Positions 20,207 through 30,177 of a stretch of DNA of 64,000 nt are shown in pieces. The stretch lies in contig JAOUMY010000005.1 of assembly GCA_029881255.1 (NCBI GenBank), forward strand, positions 66,479-130,478, read 5' to 3'. Position numbers and translations under genes: made by a program. The stretch comes from Gammaproteobacteria bacterium (lineage in GTDB: Bacteria; Pseudomonadota; Gammaproteobacteria; S012-40). The notes under the pieces are model-generated. The model saw only the letters and a list, made by a program, of their open reading frames with translations. It ran no database searches and had not been told where the DNA came from. Every line of letters begins with the position of its first letter. Positions within the stretch are counted from its first letter, which is position 1.

Positions 20207-21702
20207 GAATGTATATCCCGTTTTGCTTGAACATCCCTTAGCATTTCACCCTTTAATGTTTCATCTATCCCAAGCTCATCACCGTAATTACTGATTGCAT
20301 CTAAAGCATCTGTAAATTTTTTTAATTCACAATATGCGCTAACTAATGATACTAATTCTTGAATACTCTGTGGTTTCACAAACTGTCTGTTTAACCCTGT
20401 CCAATCCCGTGAATTTTCGAAGGCTTTCAAAAGCAATTTTCTTCCATATATTGGCAGTTCTTCTATTGTATTGAGTAATTTTATAGCTTCTCCCTCATCG
20501 CCTTCGCTCAACAATCGCTCTGCATCAATAATCTTCGAACTTACCATATGTGCTTTCTTATCAATCGGAGTGCCTGCTGGAGATGTTTCAGAAGACCATC
20601 GGACCTCTGCGTATGTTTTCCCCCCATATTCTGATAGATATCTTGGCCCGAATACGTGCCCACTCATCATTTCTCTAACATGAACTTTAGCGAAGTCATA
20701 ATCATCGGATATTTCAATAATGTTATATTGCCTTCTTTCTCCGGTCGGCAATTCTCGCGATCCCACACACAGAGAGCCGGCGCTAACTAAAGCCATTGTC
20801 GCCTCTGAGGGTACGCTGATAGTTTGTGGTGATACTTCGGTTCTATGCTGATGACCATGAACCCCTAATCGAAAGCCACGATATATCATTTCATGAATTC
20901 TATTATTATCCATATAGTCACTCTGCTCAGGAGGACCGCTAGTACTATGATGCCAAACGGCAATTTTCAACAAATAAGGTTTTCCTGAGTCTTTAATTCC
21001 TAAGTACGCTTGACCTATCGCTCCTTCAGGTATAGAGCCAACATAACGATAACAGTCATTTCTGTAGCACGAATTAAATCCAGCTACAGCAATATTTCCA
21101 TTATCTAATTCAAATAGATTCCAATACCTGTCTTTTGTTAGCTCATACGCCAGATCCACTCCGCTATAAAAATCACAATAGAACTTTTCATAGTTCTCAA
21201 ACCTACTGTCATATAATTTTTTATCAGTAATGTGATAGAGCTTTCTATCCGCAAATGAAAATCTATAATCACTCTCAGGATTATTGAAATATTGCCTCAA
21301 ATCTGTGCGTCCATTTGGCGGCGGATCTGAAACCTCACTCATTGCGGAGAATGCTTTATTCCAGTCAACATCATGATTACCTGGCACTATTACAATATTC
21401 TTTTTATTGCCCCCCAAATATCTATCTACTAATTCACTTAAAAAATCATTCGCAGATTGGTATTGCTGCATTAACTTTTTTTCAGCGTCCGTTTCTCCTA
21501 TTCTTACACCCTGTACGATATCGCCGCTCACAATAATCGCATCGATTGGTCCGATTTCAGGATCCTCTTTCCTATGGTTACAAAAATCTTGATCCAATGA
21601 AGCTACTAAAGAAGCGTTATCAATAGGCTCATCTGGTGAGCGATGCAAATCAGAAATATGGAGAATCCTATACATAAGAATTCGTCCAAAGCCGGCTGAC
21701 AT
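20203..21702 (-). CDS. Calcineurin-like metallophosphoesterase with helical (TPR-like) C-terminus
   Basis: HISDLH, SGD, PGNHD, WHH and HGHQH motifs; stop overlaps the ATPase start. Confidence 0.88.
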   Translation of the reverse strand: MSAGFGRILMYRILHISDLHRSPDEPIDNASLVASLDQDFCNHRKEDPEIGPIDAIIVSGDIVQGVRIGETDAEKKLMQQYQSANDFLSELVDRYLGGNKKNIVIVPGNHDVDWNKAFSAMSEVSDPPPNGRTDLRQYFNNPESDYRFSFADRKLYHITDKKLYDSRFENYEKFYCDFYSGVDLAYELTKDRYWNLFELDNGNIAVAGFNSCYRNDCYRYVGSIPEGAIGQAYLGIKDSGKPYLLKIAVWHHSTSGPPEQSDYMDNNRIHEMIYRGFRLGVHGHQHRTEVSPQTISVPSEATMALVSAGSLCVGSRELPTGERRQYNIIEISDDYDFAKVHVREMMSGHVFGPRYLSEYGGKTYAEVRWSSETSPAGTPIDKKAHMVSSKIIDAERLLSEGDEGEAIKLLNTIEELPIYGRKLLLKAFENSRDWTGLNRQFVKPQSIQELVSLVSAYCELKKFTDALDAISNYGDELGIDETLKGEMLRDVQAKRDIHS

Positions 21703-21719
21703 TCATACTGGACACTTCA

Positions 21720-23135
21720 CTATATTCCATTTAATGATCCCTTGAATACTGAAGCTAAAACTGATTGTTTGTTTTTTTCTGCTTTTCTAAGCTGAACACC
21801 CAAATCATCGTCCAAGCGCTGGATTGCTACCAATCGTTGCTCTACCAACCGGACAATTTCTTCTTGTTCCTCAATGCTTGGAAAAGCTATTCGTAAAGTC
21901 TTTAAGTTGTCTAAGTTTAATCCTGGCTTTCCAGCACCATAAGCCGCCTCTTCTAGTTTTTTTCTTGCACCATCTTTACTTATTAGATATGTATAGAGAT
22001 ATCTCACACATTTCGTTATCGTCGGCCTACATAACGCAACATGCTGGCTCACGTAGGCTTCATCTAATTCAATATTTACACAGCCTGTCTTTGTCACATT
22101 TGCACCAGTGATGGTTATCAGAAGATCTCCATACTTAACTCTTGTTCTCATGCCTTCCGCTTTATCGGGCAAACTTACATACGCAATACTATCTAAATCT
22201 AATACATCATATTTCAAATTCTGAGCTCGTATAAACGTTGCACCAGAATCTGCGTAATACTTTGCCCATCCTCTTGAACCCGATGTTATATATTCAGTCA
22301 ACTGGTCTAATGAAGCCGTTATCCATTCACTTGGTAACTCAAGGTCTTCTGGAAGGACAGGTTCTATATACTTCCCCTTCCACTTATCATCCTTGGGCAT
22401 TTTGCCTTTAGCTTTGAATTGCTCGAGTTGTTGTTCTTCCCATTTTTGGCGGCGTTCTTTGAGGATACGTTCGAGTAGTTGGGAAGCGGGTTCGAGCTTT
22501 GCCTTGTTTGCTTCGCGCCATTCTTTGGTGAGTTCGCCGGTGACGGCGGCTTTGAGGACGGATTGGCGGTATTGTTTGAGGAGTTGTTTGGCTTTTTTTA
22601 GGGCTTCGATGCCGGCGTCGATATGGGAGAAGAGTTCTTCGATTTTGGCGACGATGCGTTTTTGTTGTTCGGGTGGTGCTAGAGGCACTGGGATCTGTTT
22701 TAGGTCCGCCTGATTCAATTTGAGCCTAGTTGTACCACCCACATAGTCTTTGTAATTAAATTTATTGAGATAATGCAGAAGATATTTATTCGAAGTAACT
22801 CCTTCTATCGCATCTAATATATGCGCATGGTTGTTGACCCAGAATTTCCCCTTCGCAATGTAAGCAACATTCTTTGATTTATCGAAGAACGGCGCACCGT
22901 CTTCACCAATTAATAGATACTCGCCTTCGAATATGAAACCATCAATGACGCCTACTTGACCTGTTGCACCATAATACGGATACAGCTCGTCTTGAGATTT
23001 ACCATCAATTCGAGCAGATCTTTCTTTACTATTAATTGGAATACGCTTCGAATCTAAAATCTCAGCACAATCCGAAAGTGGCGATATAGCCCACCCTTCA
23101 GGCAATTCATTCATTTTCTCTAATACTGCACTCAT
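21720..23135 (-). CDS. hsdS: Type I RM specificity subunit
   Basis: LPEGW and LPSEW TRD starts; conserved helices PPEQQKRIVAKIEELF and PSIEEQEEIV. Confidence 0.95.
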   Translation of the reverse strand: MSAVLEKMNELPEGWAISPLSDCAEILDSKRIPINSKERSARIDGKSQDELYPYYGATGQVGVIDGFIFEGEYLLIGEDGAPFFDKSKNVAYIAKGKFWVNNHAHILDAIEGVTSNKYLLHYLNKFNYKDYVGGTTRLKLNQADLKQIPVPLAPPEQQKRIVAKIEELFSHIDAGIEALKKAKQLLKQYRQSVLKAAVTGELTKEWREANKAKLEPASQLLERILKERRQKWEEQQLEQFKAKGKMPKDDKWKGKYIEPVLPEDLELPSEWITASLDQLTEYITSGSRGWAKYYADSGATFIRAQNLKYDVLDLDSIAYVSLPDKAEGMRTRVKYGDLLITITGANVTKTGCVNIELDEAYVSQHVALCRPTITKCVRYLYTYLISKDGARKKLEEAAYGAGKPGLNLDNLKTLRIAFPSIEEQEEIVRLVEQRLVAIQRLDDDLGVQLRKAEKNKQSVLASVFKGSLNGI

Positions 23136-25930
23136 GCAATGAGGTATCCGTTCAATTCTTGTATTAACTTATCTAGATCTTTCCCAAACAACTCCCTCGC
23201 CTTCAACAACCCACCCTCCTGGTTAAAGGGAATGTAGTTAAAGTCGTCTACCGTCATTTCGGCATTTTGGGCGATTTGGTCTTTTATTTTATTGAGCCAG
23301 GCGAGTTGGTCTGGCTGGAATGCTTTGTTTTGTTGTTTTAGCCAATTATTAAAGCGGTTGTTAACCAGCTCTGTGAAAGGTTCGAGCACGTCGCTTAGGC
23401 CGGTGGAAAAACGAATGAGGCTGACGATGTTGGTTAACAGCTCTTTCGGTGGTACGCCTTTGACTTTGTTTTTTTCCAACTGCTCGTAGGCCTTCCACAC
23501 TTCGATGGGCGCGAGATTATACGGCGGTTGCTGGATTTCTTCTGCCAGTTTTTCTATTTGCTCATAACTCAGGTGGCGCTTTTGATAGGGCTGCTGGTAG
23601 ATGAGCTGGATGGCGTCGAGTTCGTCTTTGTGGTCTTGAATAAATTGTTGCCAGTTTTGGATGAGGACTTCGGCTTTTTCTTCGTCGTAACCGGCGGCGA
23701 TCAGCTCATCGGCGCTGTCGTCGATGAGTTGGTCTGTGTCTTTGCGCAGTTCTTCGATGAGTTCGCGCAGGTCTGGATTGTGGAAGGGTTTGATTAGAAT
23801 ATCGGCCTTGGGTTTAAACGCTTCCTGGATTTGTTTCTCGTTTGGTTCATCGGTCTTGGCGTGTATTTTTGCCGCTTCGATTAAGGGCTCTTCGTTGGTG
23901 GCATGAATGAGTTCACCGGCGATGAGGGCCAGGGGTTTGTCGGTGCCAAGGGTTTCTTTAATTAAGCTGTTGACGCGTTTGCGTTGTTGGTCGTTGAGTT
24001 TGAGATCGAGCCGGATCATGCGGTTGCCGAGGGCACGCAGGGTTTCGGAATGGCGGTCGCCTCTGGCGACTTGTTCCATGAGTTTGGCGGTGGAGACGCT
24101 GGGTTTGGTTTCCAGTGATTTGGTTTCGGTTTTGTCGGTTTCGGTGACGCCGACGCAATCGACCAGCACAAAGCGGCTTTTACCGGGGGCATCGGGGGTG
24201 ACTTTGTGTAGTTCGTCTCGGCTGATGATGCGGGTGCCACGGCCTTTCATTTGTTCGTAGTAGGCCTGGCTTTTGACATCACGCATGAACATGACGCATT
24301 CCAGGGGCCGGATGTCGGTGCCGGTGGCGATCATGTCGACGGTAACGGCGATGCGGTATTGCGGATCGGTGCGGAAGGCCTTGATGGATTCTTCTGCGGT
24401 TTTTTTGCCGACTTTGTAGGTGATCTTTTTGCAGAAGGCGTTGCCTTCATCGAAGACTTCGCGCACGGCATCGACGATGCGGTCGCAGTGGTCGTCGTCT
24501 TTGGCGAAGATGAGGGTTTTGGGGACCCATTCCATTTTGTCTTGTTGCCATTTGCGCTCGGGGAAGCATTCTTTGAGGCAGCGGTCTTTATAGGCCTGGA
24601 TGACGGTGCGAATCTGGTTGGGGGCCAGAACGCTGCGGTCGAGTTGTTGGGCGAGCCATTCTTCTTCCTGGTCGAGCACTTCGAGGCGTTTTTGTTTGGT
24701 GAGGCGGTCGCGGATTTCGACGGCGGTGCCGGCTTCGATTTTGTTGCCCTGTTCGGTGAGCTCGGTTTTGATGCGGTAGATGTCGTAGCCCACATTGACC
24801 TTGTCGACCACGGCGTCTTCGTGGGTGTATTCGGAGACGAGGTTTTGCCCAAAAAAGCCGATGGTCTTTTTGGTGGGTGTGGCGGTGAGGCCAATGAGGA
24901 AGGCATCGAAGTATTCGAGCACCTGGCGCCAGAGGTTGTAGATGGAGCGGTGGCATTCGTCGATGATGATGACATCGAACTCTTCGATGGGGATGTCGGG
25001 GTTGTAGCTGACGGGCCGGGGCTCTTTGTTAATGGTACTGCCTTCTATTTCAAAGCCGGAGTGTTCGTCGGCCTCGTCATCCAGCTCTTGATGCGTAAGT
25101 TGGGAATACAGGCGCTGGATGGTGGAGATGGTGACCTTGGTGGCGTCGGGGATGCCGGCGCGGCCGAGGATGTTGACGTTGTAGTGTTGGGTGAATTTGC
25201 GGCCATCGTGGGGGATGACGAATTGTTCAAATTCATCCTTGGCATTGGTGGCGAGGTTGCCACGGTCGACCAGGAACAAGACGCGTTTGACCTTGGCGAA
25301 CTTGGCCAGGCGATAGACTTCGGTGACGGCGGTGTAGGTTTTACCGGAGCCGGTGGCCATTTGTAACAGGGCGCGGGGTTTGCCGGCTTTGAGGCTGTGT
25401 TCGATGCCGGTGATGGCGTCGATTTGGCACGCGCGCAGGTTGTCGGTGTTGAGTTCGGGGAGGTCTTTTAGTAAACGACTTCTGAGCGTCGTGCCCTCTT
25501 CTAACCATTCTTTACAGGTTTCGGGTTTATGAAAATGAAACACATTGCGTGAGCGTGGGAGCGGATCGCGCTCGTCGCGAAAACGAACTTCGTGGTTGGT
25601 GGCTTCATAGAGAAATGGAAGTGGTTTGTTCTCTGGCGCCCAACGCTCGATGTGTTTGGTATTGGACGTTGCGTAGCGTCCGGATTGCTCGGCCACACCG
25701 CCTAAATCACTGCCCTCGCGTTTGGCTTCGATGATGCCGCAGGCCTTGCCATCGATAAACAACATGTAATCAGCAGGACCAGTATCGGTATCCATTTCGC
25801 GCACAGCGACACCAATATTCTCGAAGAGATTGAGACGATTTTTATCCTGCACCACCCAACCCGCAGCGATCAATTTTTGATCGATTTCCTGACGCGTTTC
25901 GGCTTCGAGTTTGGTGTAATCAGGACTCAC
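23132..25930 (-). CDS. hsdR: Type I RM restriction subunit (EcoEI-like)
   Basis: ADY...IIEAK nuclease motif, MATGSGKT, IDECHRS, EQMKGRGTR, EcoEI-R-like C-terminus. Confidence 0.95.
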   Translation of the reverse strand: MSPDYTKLEAETRQEIDQKLIAAGWVVQDKNRLNLFENIGVAVREMDTDTGPADYMLFIDGKACGIIEAKREGSDLGGVAEQSGRYATSNTKHIERWAPENKPLPFLYEATNHEVRFRDERDPLPRSRNVFHFHKPETCKEWLEEGTTLRSRLLKDLPELNTDNLRACQIDAITGIEHSLKAGKPRALLQMATGSGKTYTAVTEVYRLAKFAKVKRVLFLVDRGNLATNAKDEFEQFVIPHDGRKFTQHYNVNILGRAGIPDATKVTISTIQRLYSQLTHQELDDEADEHSGFEIEGSTINKEPRPVSYNPDIPIEEFDVIIIDECHRSIYNLWRQVLEYFDAFLIGLTATPTKKTIGFFGQNLVSEYTHEDAVVDKVNVGYDIYRIKTELTEQGNKIEAGTAVEIRDRLTKQKRLEVLDQEEEWLAQQLDRSVLAPNQIRTVIQAYKDRCLKECFPERKWQQDKMEWVPKTLIFAKDDDHCDRIVDAVREVFDEGNAFCKKITYKVGKKTAEESIKAFRTDPQYRIAVTVDMIATGTDIRPLECVMFMRDVKSQAYYEQMKGRGTRIISRDELHKVTPDAPGKSRFVLVDCVGVTETDKTETKSLETKPSVSTAKLMEQVARGDRHSETLRALGNRMIRLDLKLNDQQRKRVNSLIKETLGTDKPLALIAGELIHATNEEPLIEAAKIHAKTDEPNEKQIQEAFKPKADILIKPFHNPDLRELIEELRKDTDQLIDDSADELIAAGYDEEKAEVLIQNWQQFIQDHKDELDAIQLIYQQPYQKRHLSYEQIEKLAEEIQQPPYNLAPIEVWKAYEQLEKNKVKGVPPKELLTNIVSLIRFSTGLSDVLEPFTELVNNRFNNWLKQQNKAFQPDQLAWLNKIKDQIAQNAEMTVDDFNYIPFNQEGGLLKARELFGKDLDKLIQELNGYLIA

Positions 25931-26156
25931 GTATTTGCTTCACCGCGTGTTTGTGTTTGAGGTTTGGGATTGTAAAGACCGTAGTCGTGGGTGGCTACTG
26001 TCAAAAACGACAGTTCTGCTCACGATTTGATCAACAAAACGCTTGAACACACGCCAGACGTCGGCGCTTATCGGGTGTGAACACACCCACTTGGGTACAG
26101 CCACTACAAACATCATCATTAGCATTCCTTTTTCTAATGTTTTCGGGCGAGGTCCA

Positions 26157-26228
26157 AGAGTACGCCCGATGGGTTGGGAATGTAAAGTTATTAAGGGATT
26201 TCAGAGGCTTGCTAGTACATTTGTACTA
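26157..26228 (-). promoter_or_regulatory. Repeated promoter module copy 1 (faces the hsdR operon)
   Basis: TTTACA-N18-TACTCT on the minus strand plus palindrome TAGTACA-TT-TGTACTA at 26213-26228. Confidence 0.6.
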
Positions 26229-26272
26229 TCGATTGAGAAGACTTGCTTCGAAGCCTTAGCGTTGAATGAAAT

Positions 26273-26425
26273 TTAAAATGCGCAAACAGGTTTCGGCAGA
26301 CTGTTGTGTGCTAGGTGATTCAGTGTAGTTCCTGCTCTAAATTCTTCGGGAAGGCGGAACATCTCCTCAATCAACCCGCCTTCAATCATGTCAATAAAGA
26401 TGTTCGCATCACTGATTAACAACAT
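26273..26425 (-). pseudogene. PIN-like (DUF3368-type) partner of the XRE/ImmA gene, truncated
   Basis: MLLISDANIFIDMIEGGLIEEMFRLP N-terminus followed by an early stop; overlaps the 3' end of the peptidase gene. Confidence 0.7.
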
Positions 26426-27476
26426 CTTGCGAACACTCCATGTTCCGACAGGCATGGAGTGCCGATACTGACATTCCTAGTAATTCCGCAGCTTTTGATT
26501 CGCCAACAAGGTCTTCAGCTAAGGCATGGTAAACAAGTTGTTCAAACATACGAGCCGTTTCTTGAGGAAACTGTGGGTCGGGCTCTTGTTCTTTCCAGCC
26601 ATGTTTATTGAAGTATCCCCATAGTTTTCCGAAATGCTGGTTCGGCAATATACCGAGATCGCGTGCACGATAAAGCCATCCGCCCATGCTTAAGCCATAC
26701 TCGTGTTTGAGTATCATGAGTTCGCGCGGCTCTATCCAGGTTCGTTTGTTACCGAGATTCGCTTTTACTTTGCTTTGTGGTGCCAGGAATGCACCTGCGA
26801 AACGATGACAAGCGAGTTCTTCGTCCAAGTCTTTATTGAGGCGCCCATTGAGCACCAAGTGGCCTAGCTCATGCGCCAAGGTAAAACGCTGACGGTCTCC
26901 CGGCCAATGCTTTCCTACTACTACAACAGGACTTCCGTTGACGGTAGCAGACAGTCCATTGAAATGTTTGTGTCCGTCATATTGAGTAATAAAGACTTTA
27001 ATACCTTTTGCTTCGAGGGTATCTATCAGCACAGGAATCGGGTTTAGGCCGAGTTGCCATTCGGTGCGTATTTTATCCGCGACGTCTTCGATTTCATCAA
27101 ATGATTCTATTTGACGTGGCAAGTCTTCCGGAAGGACAAAAGGAACAGACCAGGGACTCGGAATAAATTCCTCCAGTTCTATCCAACGTTCAAGTTGCTC
27201 TTTTACGTCGGCATATACCTTTGCCTCTTCTTTAGCAGGCAGTTTTTCATGTTCACGATGTTCAACGTTCTCTAGCTCGACACTGACCTGGCGAAAGAAG
27301 TATTCGGTGCGAACATTTAGTGCTTTTGACAAGGCGAGCAAAACTTTCGACGAAGGCGTGGACTCGTTCCGTTCATATTTGGAGATCGCCATTGCTGTAA
27401 TCTCGGCCAACTCAGCCAAATCCCGCAATGACAGACCGGCAGCTTTCCGCGCTTGTTGTATCCGTTCTCCGATCAT
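26409..27476 (-). CDS. XRE HTH + ImmA/IrrE (M78) metallopeptidase
   Basis: N-terminal HTH, RQRFTLAHELGH, ACHRFAGAFL. Inverted repeat AGTTTACA/TGTAAACT upstream (27494-27533). Confidence 0.92.
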   Translation of the reverse strand: MIGERIQQARKAAGLSLRDLAELAEITAMAISKYERNESTPSSKVLLALSKALNVRTEYFFRQVSVELENVEHREHEKLPAKEEAKVYADVKEQLERWIELEEFIPSPWSVPFVLPEDLPRQIESFDEIEDVADKIRTEWQLGLNPIPVLIDTLEAKGIKVFITQYDGHKHFNGLSATVNGSPVVVVGKHWPGDRQRFTLAHELGHLVLNGRLNKDLDEELACHRFAGAFLAPQSKVKANLGNKRTWIEPRELMILKHEYGLSMGGWLYRARDLGILPNQHFGKLWGYFNKHGWKEQEPDPQFPQETARMFEQLVYHALAEDLVGESKAAELLGMSVSALHACRNMECSQDVVNQ

Positions 27477-27571
27477 TCTTGCTTCCTCGCAGCAGTTTAC
27501 ATAATTATTATTTCGAATGAATTTTTGTAAACTTTAGCATTCTAATCCATCGAGGTCAATTACCGGCATTG

Positions 27572-28480
27572 CTAAGCTGTTGATTTTATATACGGCACCC
27601 TCCCCACCGCCACCCCGTGCGCGTTCGCGCTTTCGCAGTGGACGAGTTGGTCGTCGAAAAATATGTGTGGGCGAAATGCCTTGAGGACTTCGCCTTTGGG
27701 CATGCCGCCGAGGAAAAACGTTTCGTCGAGGTCGACGTCCCAGGCGCGCAGGGTGCGGATGACGCGTTCGTGTGCGGGGCTGGCGCGGGCGGTGACGAGT
27801 GCGGTGCGTATCGGTTTGGGTTTGCTTGGGTGTTGGTTTTGTATATAGGCGAGGGATTTGAGTAATTTTGCGAACGGGCCTTCGGGTAGGGGTTTTTGTT
27901 TGTTGTCGCGTTCGTGTTTGACGAAGGCGTCCAGGCCTTGTTCTTTATAGATGCGTTCGGACTCGTCGGAGAACAACACCGCGTCGCCATCGAAGGCAAT
28001 GCGGATTTGATCAATTTCTGTCTGCTCGGGATGCGCCGGTGTTTCGTATAACAAGGCGGCGGCGATGTTGGCGTTGACTGCTGCTTGCACATCATCTTCA
28101 TACAGCGACAAAAACAAATCGATTTTGTAGGCGTGCAGATATGGCGCGAGGGTTTCACCGCCGGTGAGCGCGGCGCGTTGAATATCGAGGCCGTAGTGTT
28201 CGATGGAGTTGAATATGCGCAGACTGGTCTCGGCCGAATTGCGCGACATGATCACCACCTCGGTGGTGCGCTCGCCGGGCAGGGTTTGATTGAGTTTGAG
28301 AAAGGCCTTTACCAGCGGAAAACCGGGGCCGGGTTTGAGGATGTCGTTTTCGTGGGCGAGTTGATGGTCTTCATAGGCCCGGAGCCCCTGCTCGTCATAA
28401 ATGCGATTCTCCGCACTCAGGTCAAACAAGGCCCGCGAGGATATTCCAATAACGAGGTACTGACTGAGATCGACTGGCAA
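27572..28480 (-). CDS. 5'-nucleotidase (cytosolic HAD-type, PF06189-like)
   Basis: ISSRALFDL, RIAFDGDAVLFSDESE and PHIFFDDQ motifs; TTG start with GGGAG. Confidence 0.9.
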   Translation of the reverse strand: MPVDLSQYLVIGISSRALFDLSAENRIYDEQGLRAYEDHQLAHENDILKPGPGFPLVKAFLKLNQTLPGERTTEVVIMSRNSAETSLRIFNSIEHYGLDIQRAALTGGETLAPYLHAYKIDLFLSLYEDDVQAAVNANIAAALLYETPAHPEQTEIDQIRIAFDGDAVLFSDESERIYKEQGLDAFVKHERDNKQKPLPEGPFAKLLKSLAYIQNQHPSKPKPIRTALVTARASPAHERVIRTLRAWDVDLDETFFLGGMPKGEVLKAFRPHIFFDDQLVHCESANAHGVAVGRVPYIKSTA

Positions 28481-28598
28481 ACATACTCCCTTTCAATGCT
28501 AACTCAGACACCAACCTAACCTGGGAGAGCGACAGGGTGTGTCGCTTGCATGGCAAATTGTCCTGATTTTGCCAATGTATTTCTCGGCGGCCGAAAGA

Positions 28599-28670
28599 AG
28601 CATAGGTCGAACGGGTGGATGTGTAAAGTTTTTAGCGAAATCAGAGGCTTGCTATTACATAAGTATTACC
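28599..28670 (-). promoter_or_regulatory. Repeated promoter module copy 2
   Basis: TTTACA-N17-TATGCT; shares TCAGAGGCTTGCTA exactly with copy 1. Confidence 0.6.
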
Positions 28671-28751
28671 TTCGGGGCGCTATTTACGCTGGCCATACAC
28701 GGCCAACATCGCTAACATAGCCGTTCCTTTGGTCCGAACAACAATAATCAA

Positions 28752-29402
28752 ATGCCAATCACCAGAATGCCGATTCATGTGCGTCTATTTCTCAGCGGTC
28801 TTGTGCTTTGCGCTTTGTCTTGTTCGTTAGTGTTTGCTGCCAATGTCGAAGATATTCCGCCGTGCGATAGCCCCAGTTGCGACCGCGTCGCGCAAACCAT
28901 TCCCTGGGAAAATGCGCACGCAAACCCTGACGGACAAACTGTACGCATCGGAAGATTTTCCTTCGTCATCCCTACGGGGGCTGAGGTACGTCTATCGGGG
29001 GATCTGACTTTTTTTCACTATAGTGATAAGCCGCGTCGTTGGTTGTCTGTTCGCTTGAACTCCATACAAGACGTCGATCTGACAGAAGCGGATTTAGGTG
29101 ATCTGCGCTTTGCCGATGCGGTTCGCATATTGTTCACTAAGACTCGCCAGGACAAAGAGCCGAGCAATCTTCATGCACGCAATATGTGGCGCAGCCTGTT
29201 ACACGCCAAGTCATTACACATTGCCGAGAACACGCCGGTGTATTTCTCTCACCGTGGTGACGCGGAAGTGGCCTTCGGTCAGTGGGAGGATGGCAGACGG
29301 TTTGTGTTTATAGCCAACAAACACACTTCCCATGCTTACGTACAGATAGAAGGCACAGGTTTCAGTGACGCGGAGATGAAGGGTTTTGCTTTTCAAAATT
29401 AA
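28752..29402 (+). CDS. Exported protein, cassette 1 (putative immunity, P1)
   Basis: Signal peptide, CxxxxC, GRFSFVIP; ILFTKTRQDKEP is similar to P3. Confidence 0.7.
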   Translation: MPITRMPIHVRLFLSGLVLCALSCSLVFAANVEDIPPCDSPSCDRVAQTIPWENAHANPDGQTVRIGRFSFVIPTGAEVRLSGDLTFFHYSDKPRRWLSVRLNSIQDVDLTEADLGDLRFADAVRILFTKTRQDKEPSNLHARNMWRSLLHAKSLHIAENTPVYFSHRGDAEVAFGQWEDGRRFVFIANKHTSHAYVQIEGTGFSDAEMKGFAFQN

Positions 29403-29416
29403 AATAAGAGGAAGCC

Positions 29417-29749
29417 ATGGGCGCATTACAGCAAGAAGAGATTGCTGCCTTCGAATACATCTTCGAAGCGACATTCAAGGACAATCCTAAAAATCATGGT
29501 TGCGGCGTTCCCAACCGCCGAACGATTGATGCAATGGAAAAAGTGCTGGAAGAAGCAGAGAAGTGTAATAAGAATCTTTCCCGACTCATTACGCAACTGT
29601 TAGGAATCGCCATTCGTGGCCGTGGTTGGCTGATGCGTATACTCAAACAGTTGGGTAAGGAACTGAGTTTCAAGTTTCGTATGTGTCTTACCTTTACCGC
29701 GGGCTACTACTATAAATCCGTGGTGATTGAGACTATGTATCAGTGTTAG
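29417..29749 (+). CDS. Small helical C...GWL...C protein, cassette 1 (S1)
   Basis: GAGG RBS, 110 aa, KCNK...GRGWLM...RMC. Confidence 0.7.
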   Translation: MGALQQEEIAAFEYIFEATFKDNPKNHGCGVPNRRTIDAMEKVLEEAEKCNKNLSRLITQLLGIAIRGRGWLMRILKQLGKELSFKFRMCLTFTAGYYYKSVVIETMYQC

Positions 29750-29823
29750 TCTTGAAATTTGGGATAGATACAACTTTCTCTGCGAACCGAACCAATAAAA
29801 CAAAATCAATAAAGGAGATTTGT

Positions 29824-30177
29824 ATGGCCGATGCCATTCAAAAAGAAGAGCTTAGGCAGATGATAGAAGCGTTTTATCGTTTTGCGGGCGTGAATCCACC
29901 CGCCAATCTTGAAATCAATGAGAGTGTTGCCAGTGTGTTTGGGTCGATGTTGCAGGAAACCCGCAAGTGTTCGGATGCTTTCAAGTGGATTCCTCCGCCC
30001 CCAGGTGGTAGGCCGAGTATCGGCTGGTTGGTTACCAATATCGGCAAGTCTTTCATCAGGAGCCTGAATGATAAGATGTCGTTTACTTGTGCCCGTGGCG
30101 TGATTTATGTTTGGGGGCATCATTTGCAACGTGCTTCGTTGCTCAATATTTCAATGGGAACTCCAGCATGGGCGTAG
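29824..30177 (+). CDS. Small helical C...GWL...C protein, cassette 2 (S2)
   Basis: AAGGAG RBS before ATG 29824; KCSD...IGWLV...FTC. Confidence 0.7.
   Translation: MADAIQKEELRQMIEAFYRFAGVNPPANLEINESVASVFGSMLQETRKCSDAFKWIPPPPGGRPSIGWLVTNIGKSFIRSLNDKMSFTCARGVIYVWGHHLQRASLLNISMGTPAWA

Noticed and set aside
24016..25366. Long alternative-frame and antisense ORFs (up to 371 aa) inside hsdR, and similar ones in hsdM, the nucleotidase and dbpA
   Set aside because: Shadows of strongly codon-biased real genes; no motifs or RBS.
26181..26200. TAAAGTT as a sigma-28 -35 element on the plus strand
   Set aside because: No GCCGATAA at the required spacing in any of the four copies; the minus-strand sigma-70 reading fits all four.
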